NCBI GenBank assembly: GCA_951406725.2
Contig: OX597827.1
Coordinates: forward strand, 21,638,001-21,702,000
Direction of reading: 5' to 3'
From: Octopus vulgaris
Lineage: Eukaryota
DNA length: 64,000 bases
Made by a program: the position numbers and the translations under genes. Below the pieces are notes generated by a model. It was not told the DNA's origin, did not search any database, and was given only the letters and a program-made list of their open reading frames with translations. Shown here one piece after another: positions 26,896 to 37,670 of the stretch; position 1 is the stretch's first letter, and each line of letters starts with the position of its first letter.

Positions 26896-29029
26896 GATAC
26901 ATATATACACAAAATATATATATAGGGATGTAGCCAGCCCACTTATGCATATCTTTCTTTCTTTGGACACAAAACTCTGCTTGTGAAGACTTGTTGAAGC
27001 AAGTGGAATCGAAATTGAATTTGAAATCGAACCCGATGACTGGCACCCATGCCAACCTCCCTTCATTGGACACTAAACTCTGCTTGCGAAAACCTGTTGG
27101 AGCAAGTGAAATTGAAATTGAACCAAATTTGATGACTGGCACCCATTCCAGTGGAGCGCTAACAGCTCCATCTGAGCAGGATCACTGCCAGAGCGGCTGT
27201 CTGGCTTCCATGCCAGTGGCACATAAAAAGCACCATTAGAACATGATAGTTACCAGCGTCGCCTTACTGGTACGTGAAAAAAACATTCGAGCGAGGTCGT
27301 TGCCAGTGCCACTGGACTGACTCCTGTGTGGGTGGCACATAAAAAACCCCATTTGAACGTGGCCGTTGCCAGTACCGCCAGACTGGCCCTCATGCCAGTG
27401 ACACATAAAAGCACCCACTTCTATTTGGAATTCATCACTACATATATATATATATAAAGATATACACACACATACACATATACATACAGATATTGTATAT
27501 TGAGAAAAAGGAGGCAGTCAGAATTTTGGATAATTCTTTATTCTATATATATATATATATATCATCATCATCGTTTAACGTCTGCTTTCTATGCAAGCAT
27601 GGGTTGGACGATTTGTCTGAGGACTGGCGAGCCAGAAGGCTGCACCAGGCTCCAATCTAATCTGGCAAAGTTTCTACAGCTGGATGCCCTTCCTAGTGCC
27701 AACCACTCTGAGAGTGTAGTGGGTTCTTTTACGTGCCCCCAGCATGAGGGCCAGTCAGGCGGTTCTGGCAATGACCATACTCAGAAGGTGTTTTTACGTG
27801 CTACCTGCACGGGAGCCAGTCCGGCGACACTAGCAACGACCATGCTCAAATGTTGTTTTTCAAGTGCCACTGGTACATGTGCCATTAAGGCGATGCTGGC
27901 AATGATCACACTTGAATGGTGCTTTTTACGTGTCACCGAGATGGGAGCTAGTCAGTGGCCCTGGCAACAATCACTCTTGGATGTGCTTTTAATGTTCCAC
28001 TGGCACAAGTGCCAATCAGGCAGTACTGTTATAGGCCACGTCAGAAATTTTGATTTATATATATGTGTGTGTGTGTATATGTATGTATGTATGCATGTGT
28101 GTATAATATAGGCACAGGAGTGGTTGTGTGGTAAGTAGCTTACTTACCAACAACATGGTTCCGGGTTCAGTCCCACTGTGTGGCACGTTAGGCAAACGTC
28201 TTCTATTATAGCCTCGGGCTGACCAAAGCCTTGTAAGTGGAATTGGTAGATGGAAACTGAAAGAAGCTCATTGTATATATATGTGTGTGTGTGTGTATGT
28301 ATGTTTGTGTGTCTGTGTTTGTCCCCCCAACATCACTTCACAGTTGATGCAGGTGTGTTTACGTACCCCGTAACTTAGTGGTTTGGCAAAGAAACTGATA
28401 GAATAAGTACTAGGCTTACAAAGAATAAGTCCTGGGGTCGATTTGCTCAACTAAAGGCGGTGCACCAGCATGGCTGCAGTCAAATGACTGAAACAAGTAA
28501 AAGAATAAAAGAATATACATATATATATATATATATATATATGCATATATATATATATATATACACACACACATATTTACTTAGTAGATAGATATACATA
28601 TATAGATACATGCAAGCATAAATATATATGTATATATACACACACACATATATAAACACACATACACATACACACACACATATATTCTTTTATTCTCTTA
28701 CTATATATATTTTCTTTTTCTTTCTTTTTTTTTCTGTTTTAGTTTCAGCTCAGAGCTGTGGACATGCGGATGCACCGCCGTTAAAAATATTTTGTAATCT
28801 CTATAAAATTCAATTATCAAGAACTCAACTGCCACTTAAATACATTTTGAAATCTGATATATATACGATGGGCTTGGTCGGCCCGATGCTATAGAAGACA
28901 CTTGCCCAAGGTGCCACGCAATGGTACTGTACCCAGAACTAAGCAAGCTACTTACCACACAGCCACTCCTGCATGTTCAAATTATATATATATATATACA
29001 TAAATTAATTTTGAAAGGAATTCTTCCAC

Positions 29030-29432
29030 AGGCGCAAGAGTGGCTGTGTGGTAAGTAGCTTGCTAACCAACCACATGGTTCCGGGTTCAGTCCCACTGCG
29101 TGGCATCTTGGGCAAGTGTCTTCTGCTATAGCCCCGGGCCGACCAATGCCTTGTGAGTGGATTTGGTAGAGGGAAACTGAAAGAAGCCTGTCGTATATAT
29201 GTATATATATATAAGTGTGTGTGCATATGTTTGCGTGTCTGTGTTTGTCCCCCTAGCATTGCTTGACAACCGATGCTGGTGTGTTTACGTCCCCGTCACT
29301 TAGCGGTTCGGCAAAAGTGACTGATAGAATAAGTACTGGGCTTACAAAGAATAAGTCCCGGGGTCGATTTGCTCGACTAAAGGCGGTGCTCCAGCATGGC
29401 CGTAGTCAAATGACTGAAACAAGTAAAAGAGT
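29030..29432 (+). mobile_element. Major tRNA-derived SINE, young copy
   Basis: Near-identical to the inverted copy at 32340-32752. Confidence 0.88.
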
Positions 29433-29579
29433 AGATCCAACAAATTTTGAACTTAGCACATTACCCCTACCTATAGCACTGTCTTTGTGAACCCCAGAGT
29501 AAGCGGGTGACAACTTTAGAAATATGTTAACACAAGAAGGATTGAGTGCATGGTTAATATAAAGCGTTACGCCTATCAG

Positions 29580-30015
29580 AAAATCAAAAAAAAAATGTGT
29601 GTAATAGGTGTAAAACAACTTCCTATGAACGAATATGAAAAAAAAATGCCCGCACGCGAAAGGGGGGTGGGGGAGAGGCCTCGGAAAATTCACATCGGGA
29701 AGTTCCGAAAGCGTCTGAGGGGCTGACCCGGGCATGAATATGACCAAAAAAATGCGCTCTCGCGAAAGAGGGGTGGGGGAGAGGCTTCGGAAAATTTATA
29801 TCGGGAATTTCCGAAAGCGTCTGAACCGGGCACAAAAACAAAAACAGCGTAATAGGTGTAAAACAACTTGCTCTAAACGAATATGATAAAAAAAAATGCG
29901 CGCTCGCGAAAGGGGGGTGGGGGAGAGGCTTCGGAAATTTCCCATCTTCAGTCCACGGCCTTTAAACTAAGAAAAAATAGTGTAATTGGTGTAAAACTAC
30001 TTGTTCTAAACGATT
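29580..30015. repeat. Interleaved G-rich internal tandem repeats of a probable DNA-transposon derivative (about 29450-30220)
   Basis: AAAAAATGCGC..CGCGAAAGGGGGGTGGGGGAGAGGC(C/T)TCGGAAA occurs 3 times and GTAATAGGTGTAAAACAACTT occurs 3 times. Confidence 0.7.
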
Positions 30016-30239
30016 ATCAAGAACACACACTCACACATGAATCATAAACTCCGTATTTTTGTACATATTTCGCAAAAAAAAAATTAATAAAGAGAAGAAA
30101 TTCTGGAAAAAGTGACGCAATTTGAAACCTTAATTGCACTCGATTCAAAAACTATTGTAGATTTTGACATTATGATGCTTGACCTTTCCTAGTTTTATGA
30201 TACATTAAAAATTATAGGTTGTTTGCACCAACTGTTAAA

Positions 30240-31542
30240 AAAAATATAGTAGTAGGAACAATTCGTCAGAACAGAAGGGAATTACCAGAAACAGTAAAAC
30301 AGGTGAAACCAGTCCATGGAACTGTGGTTTTGAAATGCAGAGAAGCCTACTGTCACATTTACATCGTACCAGTGCAAAAAACCAAAGTCTGTTGTTGTTT
30401 TGAGAACCAACATGTAGAAGTTCCTTCTGAAAATAATCCCAAGAAGCCTGACACCATACGTTTTTATAACGAAAATAGGATAGGCGTAGACGTGCTTGAG
30501 CAAATGGCAAGACTTTATTCCACGCTAATATACTCGTATGTACAAAATATAGTAAATTTTTCAATCAAAATTTATTCAATATTCGCATACCTATTTGCGA
30601 CATAGGTCGCGTTTCCACAACGAATTAAAATGATCAGAAATCGTCCGGTGACTGGCATTTGAATGGAAATTTTGTTATCACTATAAAACACATATTGCTA
30701 GGTTTATATCGCCCCTTTGAGACCCAACTACACTTTAGCTTAAAAATATAGAATACCTCATAAGTAATATTGTTTGTTCCTTCTCGAGCCATGCCTGGCT
30801 CATAAGAGCCGGTTTCCCGGTTTCCTTGGCGTATAGGTTCCCCACCTGGACGAGACACCGGTCCGTCGCAGGTGAGCTGCAAGATGCAGGAGGAAAGAGT
30901 GAGAGAAAGCTGTGGCGAAAGTGTCAGCAGGAGTCTCGTCATTACCTTCTGCCGGAGCCGCATGGAGCTTAGGTGTTTTCGCTTATAAACACACATCACC
31001 TGGTCCGAGATTTGAACCCGCGACCGCGAGTCCGCTGCTCTAACCACTAGGCCATGTGCCCCCACCATAAGTAATATAAACGTTCTAAATTCAGTGGCGG
31101 CATTAATGAAGATGTTACGCGTTAATTTAATGAGTTAAACTTATCTTTATTAATGTATATCGGATATATATATACAAGATTTACACAGATATAAGAGTTA
31201 GAACCTGTGATCCGCCCGCGGCTATCCATCGCTCTATTCAGGAAACATCTACCTCTTGGAATAAAGTCAGACGTAAATGTGTGAAAGCAAAATAATGAAA
31301 CAGAACCCCAGAAATGTATAACCTCTGTGTGGCAAACGGGCGCCAAAACGTTGATATGAATGTTTAGAATTTCAATAAATTTCTTTTTATTTTGTAAGGA
31401 TAAATTTCTTTCAAAAAACATCAACTAATATCAAAATTCAATAGGTTATACATTTAATAAAGGTTTTCTACCTCTCCTTTTCTTTTCCTTTGAAACCGAA
31501 AAACCTCTTAGCGTCAATTGACGCATTTTGGTACTTCAAGGT
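30240..31542 (+). mobile_element. piggyBac transposon remnant (C-terminal transposase fragment plus probable 3' end)
   Basis: VVGTIRQNRRELP and KKPDTIRFYNENRIGVDVLEQMARLYST at 30240-30525. Subterminal palindrome GCGTCAATTGACGC and GGTACTTCAAGG near 31511-31541. Confidence 0.75.
30771..31066 (-). mobile_element. tRNA-derived SINE with TSD, inserted into the piggyBac remnant
   Basis: A box TGGCCTAGTGG, B box GGTTCAAATC. TSD ATAAGTAATAT at 30760-30770 and 31067-31077. Confidence 0.88.
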
Positions 31543-31964
31543 CGGCGAAAGAGTCCGGTCCTTCTTACGTCGACGCTCTGAGAAATATCATCGACAATGA
31601 TCAGTCATGTAGAGTTGTGTCCCCCTCGATCGGTAAAAAGTGGTTGTTATGGAGATAAGTGTAAACAATATGTATAATTCTCAGCTGTTTGGTTTATTGA
31701 TATCCCTTAAACAATGGCGATGCTTCGGTATAGGTACACGCGTGACTTTGTTTACATTTCTGAAGATAACAGAAACCCTTTTCTCTCACCCCTAACCCTA
31801 ACCCCCCATATATAAAAAATACACTTTCTTGAAATGTATCCGGTATTACACCGAAATTACGCCTAACAATTTAATTACGTTCTATTTAATTGATATGGGC
31901 GCAGGAGTGGCTGTAAAAGAGTAAAAAAGGAGTGAAGAATATATATATATATATATATATATAT

Positions 31965-32211
31965 AATCCGCTATGGTCTTACCACTAAGAAACGAATGTT
32001 CTCATGAAAATTTTAGCAAACGCCAAAATAATCATAAACTAGTTTCGTTGTTACCACTTACGTAAGTATTTACGTAAGTCGTAATAGCGAAAATAGTTTA
32101 TGATTAATCCATATTTTCTTTCTTTTCATTTGCCTTCTTCGTTTACGTTCTGGCGTTTGCTAAAATTTTCTTGAGAACATTCCTTTCTTAGTGGTAAGAC
32201 CATAACGGATT
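31965..32211. repeat. About 250-bp fold-back insert next to (TA)n
   Basis: AATCCGCTATGGTCTTACCACTAAGAAA... is mirrored by ...TTTCTTAGTGGTAAGACCATAACGGATT. The inner arms carry GAAA(C/A)TAGTT hammerhead-like 3' halves. Confidence 0.8.
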
Positions 32212-32339
32212 TATTTCTAGCATATGGATGTCCACGTAGTGGTAATCCCTCTTATATGTATGTAATATTACTTTTCTGTATCTTCAGATTTTAATATGCT
32301 AGACCACTGGTTTTAAATTGATATTAATCAAATTAATTT

Positions 32340-32752
32340 TTTTTTTTTTACTCTTTTACTTGTTTCAGTCATTTGACTGCGGCCATGCTGGAGCACCGCC
32401 TTTAGTCGAGCAAATCGACCCCGGGACTTATTCTTTGTAAGCCCAGTACTTATTCTATCGGTCTCTTTTGCCGAACCAATAAGTGACGGGGACGTAAACA
32501 CACCAGCATCGGTTGTCAAGCAATGCTAGGGGGACGAACACAGACACACAAACACACACACAAATATATATATATATATACATATATACGACAGGCTTCT
32601 TTCAGTTTCCGTCTACCAAATCCACTCACAAGGCATTGGTCGGCCCGGGGCTATAGCAGAAGACACTTGCCCAAGATGCCACGCAGTGGGACTGAACCCG
32701 GAACCATGTGGTTGGTTAGCAAGCTACTTACCACACAGCCACTCCTGCGCCT
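32340..32752 (-). mobile_element. Major tRNA-derived SINE, young copy
   Basis: Inverted, near-identical partner of 29030-29432. Confidence 0.88.
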
Positions 32753-32872
32753 AATATTCAATTTTTCACCCTTATTATTTTAAATATATATATATATATA
32801 TATAAAACGTGTAAAAAAGTAAAAGTATATATAAATTATATACATATAGACTTGCATACATACATTCATGTA

Positions 32873-32923
<51 letters not shown>

Positions 32924-33222
32924 ATAGAAATGGTAAGACAACAAAAGAATGAAAGAGACCTTGATATTATGGAAATAAAGGAATTTATCTGTAAATATAA
33001 TATTTGACAATTATTCGGTAGCCATGATTAAACTCCAAGCCCTGACATCCGAAACTCGGAGTTTTTATCATGGCTACCGAATAATTGTCACATATTATAT
33101 TTACAGATATATATATATATATATAAGTACATACATATATATATATGTCTGGTACACAAGACCTCAGTCAAATCATCCAACCCATGCTAGCATGGAAAGC
33201 GGACGTTAAACGATGATGATGA

Positions 33223-33270
<48 letters not shown>

Positions 33271-33361
33271 AGTTAATCCAAACAGGAAAACACAAAAAAA
33301 CACAACAACGTGAGGACGTGGAACAAATATAGTATTATTGGACGCTCAGGAAAGAAGGAGG

Positions 33362-33396
33362 GTTTAACGTTTCGAGCGGAGCTCTTCGTCGGAAAC
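33362..33396 (-). ncRNA. Ultra-minimal hammerhead-like motif (CCGACGA core) in Penelope-like insert 33270-33470
   Basis: Minus strand reads GTTT-CCGACGA-A-GAGC-TCC-GCTC-GAAA-CG-TT-AAAC. Palindrome AACGTT sits at stem III. Confidence 0.55.
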
Positions 33397-33467
33397 ATAG
33401 GAGAAAGAAAGATCCAGAGAAGGGAAGACAGAGGAAAAAAAATCGCCAACGGTACACACGAGGTCAC

Positions 33468-33530
<63 letters not shown>

Positions 33531-33571
33531 TATGTATATATATTTATATATATAAGATACAGCATGGAATA

Positions 33572-33620
33572 TTGTCAGTGAACAGGTTGCAGTCTCAAAG
33601 CAACGAAAATATTTTGGCAA
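33572..33620 (+). ncRNA. Hammerhead-like motif with G3-C8 swapped core (copy 1)
   Basis: TTGTCA-GTGAACA-G-GTTGC-AGTCTCAAA-GCAAC-GAAA-ATAT-TT-TGGCAA. Confidence 0.6.
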
Positions 33621-33735
33621 CTTAAATTTAAATTTTGAAAGTGAATCTAACAGTTTTTGTGTGTTTCTTAAATGGCTTATAAACACGTTCCACGCTGAAA
33701 TTGTTAGTGTGCGTGTGTGTGTCTGTATATCTATA

Positions 33736-33775
<40 letters not shown>

Positions 33776-33821
33776 GTTAATCCAAACAAGAAAACAAAAA
33801 GATAACAACGCGAGGATGTGG

Positions 33822-33961
<140 letters not shown>

Positions 33962-34638
33962 ATAGATGGATGGATAGATATAAGTGTAATTATTTTAAGA
34001 TTTAAGATTCTAGAATCTAGATCATAAATTCTGGAAGTCGTTGGCTTTTGCAATGATGTAATTTCAGCTTTAGTCCCATGAGTTTCTTCTATTCACAACC
34101 ATGGTTCTTCTAATTCGAGCCTTTCTTTATTTCCTTCAACTCTGTGGAGATCACATTTTACTGACATCACAACACAACTGAATCGTCTCCTTTGCTATTC
34201 AAAAGACTGAAATAAGTTTTTACTTCACCAAATATACATAAGTAATTTTGTATTCATATTCGTGTGATATCGTCTGTTTTTCTGTCCTTGTTTTGTATAC
34301 ATTCGAACCTTTCTTCCAAGGAATCTAATGCACTTAGCTTAGTTTTTCCTTGGGGCTGGCCAGATTAGAGCAATCTCAAGATTAATCAGCCGAAATTGCG
34401 AGGATGATCCGGTTCTTGACTGAAGATTGAAGGCTTCAAATGTCCCGTCCATGTTTTTTGTATCGTCTTCTAAATGTTTTGCGTTCTTGTCCCATTTTGT
34501 ATTTTTATACATATATACATATATAGCGGCATACCCTCTCTCTTATATGTAAGTATACATACATACATACATACATACATACATACATACATACATACAT
34601 ACATACATACATTTATACATACATATATAAATACATAC

Positions 34639-34684
<46 letters not shown>

Positions 34685-34759
34685 CTTGTTAAATTTTTAA
34701 TGCTGTAACAAAACAGTCGCAAGCTTATCCAAAATAATGCATTAAATATGTTAATGCAA

Positions 34760-34813
<54 letters not shown>

Positions 34814-34894
34814 GTATGTATGTATATGTTTGTCTGCCTGTCTCATTACCATTGTAAATTGTATTGTGGACTGGTTTAAAATTATGCTTTAAAA

Positions 34895-35142
34895 AAAAAT
34901 AATAATGAAATTATTGTATACAGTGCTCAGGTGCACCACAACTTGTCAAAAGTGCATATAAAGCATATGCAGTAATGTACAAATGTCTGGGAAGCGAACA
35001 GTGTATGAGTCAGATACATGCTTGCATGTGTATGGAGGGGAGAGAATCAGGTGTAGTGTTGGCGAATCTCAGGAAGCATGGAAGTTTTGAAGGATGCAGT
35101 GCTCTGACAACTAACAACTGATGCCGGCAATTTGTTCCATAC
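34895..35142 (-). mobile_element. 3' end of a CR1/L2-like LINE
   Basis: WNKLPASVVSCQSTASFKTSM (WNxLP motif), then a 3' UTR and a (TTA)/T-rich tail. Confidence 0.65.
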
Positions 35143-35436
35143 TTTGGAATATATCAAGAAATCTAAACTACAACTTTAAGAAATGGCCATCTATTTCATA
35201 ACCAGTTCAATGGTAGACAGTACCAACTGAAGACTCGTTTTTATATATTTACTACAAATCTGTGTTGTATTGTTCATGCCTTTCCAATTTGAACTCACAA
35301 AAAGATTTGAACTTATCACTACCAGCCACTAAAACACACTTCAATTATATAATGATCCCACTAGTGTCAATAGTAAACTGCACTCTTCACGCTTTTCCCA
35401 TTAAGATACAATAGGTTATACTGGGTTAAGTGCCTC
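35143..35436. repeat. About 300-bp dispersed duplicate of 39541-39836
   Basis: Colinear, for example CAACTTTAAGAAATGGCCATCTATTTCA and TTTGAACTTATCACTACCAGCCACTAAAACAC. The leader TGGTTTAAAATTATGCTTT occurs at about 34872 and 39517. Confidence 0.85.
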
Positions 35437-35475
35437 ACTTATCTATCTGTCTGCTTATCTCTCCGTCTGTCTGCC

Positions 35476-35523
<48 letters not shown>

Positions 35524-35838
35524 GCACACAGACATACCTACCGAATCTACCTACCTACATACACACATACATATTGTCTAACTTAGCTACTTGTCTCTTT
35601 CTCTCTCTCTCCCTCCTTCTCTCTTTCTTTCTCTCACTCTGTCTATCTATATATACATATAAATATAAAATTACCTACCTATCTATATGTATGCATTCAT
35701 ACATTCATACGTACATACATACATAGATAAATAGGTACATACATACACACATACATACATACATGCATGCACACAGATACACACACACACATATATATAC
35801 ATACATACATATACTCATACATACACCCACACACCCAC

Positions 35839-35869
<31 letters not shown>

Positions 35870-35919
35870 CATACATACATACATACACACATACATACAC
35901 CCACACACCCACTTACATA

Positions 35920-36865
35920 CATACATACTAACAAAACCTAGTGCTCCAATTATTACTGGTATGAATATGAATTCGTAATCTGGATAGAGAAGCTGGTGGT
36001 TTCAAAGCAGTTGTCCATAGATGTCCTCTATTCTTTTGATTTTCAAAGATATATTTATATCTGCAGGGCAGCTGACCTCTATAATGGTACATACCTTTTC
36101 CCCTCTGTCCCAAACAACAATATCTGGCCTGTTATGCTTACATTTGACAGAAATTTTGATGGTAATATTCCACCAGCATTCCTTGAGGTGGTGTTTATGA
36201 ATGTATTCCATAACAGAGGGATTTTCCAAGTTTATTTCAGGACAGTCTTTTTTGCGGATGGCATTGTAAATTGTTTTAGCAACAACATCGTGCCGTATAG
36301 AGAGGAAGTACTGTGGCGACATTTTAGGAGAGCTGCCAATCATATGCACGATGTCTTCCACAGAAACATGATATAGCCTACACACGCGGTCGCACATGGG
36401 GATTACAGGAGCGTCACTGTCTCTCTTGTTGACCAGGTACTTTGTGGCAATCTCCTGCTCCTGGATTGCAAACACATAGCCCTCAAAGTGTGACGTGATG
36501 TAGTTAGTGGTCTTGTGTCCAAGAGAGGGTGCACTTCGTGTCAATCCTATTGTCTTCTTCAAGCTTCCAGGTAACATACCCATGCATGGTCTTTTTTTTT
36601 TTGTATGCTGAATGCTTTCCATCCAGGTCTTTGCTGAGGTAAGAGAGCCCAGCTGTTTTGGGGCTGTATAGGAGATCATCAGGAAGAGAGTGCTTCTTGA
36701 GGAGCTCGCTGCCATCTTGTACAATGTTGCTCACTTCACTTTTCAGTATTGCATTTATATAATTATTTTTGCAGGTGTTGCTTGAGTGATACCATATGGC
36801 ATTCGGAGGCTGTGTGCACTGATCTCAGGCCTCTACCACCTTCATTTCTTCTTAGGTAGAGCCTA
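35920..36865 (-). mobile_element. R4/Dong-like retrotransposon C-terminal fragment (zinc knuckle plus RLE endonuclease)
   Basis: EGYVFAIQEQEIATKYL, a degenerate CRLx..H..C..RHD knuckle, and KHNRPDIVVWD..IIEVSCPAD (PD-(D/E)xK nuclease) in ORF 36002..36724. Confidence 0.85.
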
Positions 36866-37334
36866 AGGAGAATCTGGATAAACTGGGATTTTCAGAAAGA
36901 GAAATCAACCGGTCAATTCATACAAGTGCAATCTGTGAGTAGAGCAGTAAAAATATGCAAGACTTTTTTCAAGTTCCAAATGTGAATTTGTCTGTGTTAA
37001 CTACATCCCAAAGATGGAGCCTTGTATCTTTGTTGGAAATTGGCTCCCTCCTCAGTGGAAGATTTATAATAATAAAAACAAAGAAGTCACATACATACAC
37101 ACATGAACTCTACTGCAGATTCCATGATTTCTTGCTGAAGAACCTGCTCAGATGATTCGTTTATAAATGATGAAATGTTTGTTAGCTGTTCTTTGCTGAC
37201 TCCTTGCATCATGTTACCTGCTTTAAATATGTTTACACTAATTAAATTTTGATTACACTAACTCATCTGAAAGTATCATTGCTAGAGTAAGAACTGGTTG
37301 GAGAAAGTTCTGTGAGCTACTACCATTGCTGACA

Positions 37335-37670
37335 TCAAAGGTCTTTTCCCTAAGATTGAAGGGTTGATTGTAAGATGCTTGTGTTAGAACAGCAATGCTG
37401 CCTGGTCAAAAGACATGGAACTTGAATATGGAGGACTTGAGAAAACTGGAAAGAAATGTGGCCAGCATGACCCGTTGGATGCACAATGTGTGTGAAAGAA
37501 TTTGTACAAAGGTGCTGAGTGAAAAACTGGGCATAAGAGGAATCAGATGTATCCAAGAAAGAAGATTGAGATCGTATGGGCCATGTGATGAATGGGCCAT
37601 GTGATGAATGGGACCAGCAAAAGAGGAAGACCCAGGAAGATATGGGATGACGGATGAGATGACCAGGATC
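37335..37670 (+). mobile_element. RTE LINE 3' coding fragment
   Basis: ACVRTAML..TWNLNMEDLRKLERNVASMTRWMHNV...LGIRGIRCIQERRLR. Similar fragments at 24740-24945 (-), 49260-49710 (+) and 63140-64000 (+). Confidence 0.8.

Noticed and set aside
27500-28111. 203-aa ORF
   Set aside because: Antisense reading of the RTE-related repeat with internal tandem duplications; similar peptides recur at other copies.
30990-31066. tRNA gene
   Set aside because: The A and B boxes belong to a SINE head with body, tail and TSD; no complete cloverleaf.
31716-31740. AAACAATGGCGATGCTTCGGTATAG|gtacac as P450 exon 1 (phase fits)
   Set aside because: Encodes only MAMLRYR with no membrane anchor, has a weak donor, and appears to lie in a repeat.
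34345-34410. GGCTG...CAGCC-GAAA hammerhead-like fold
   Set aside because: No CUGANGA-like core between the stems.
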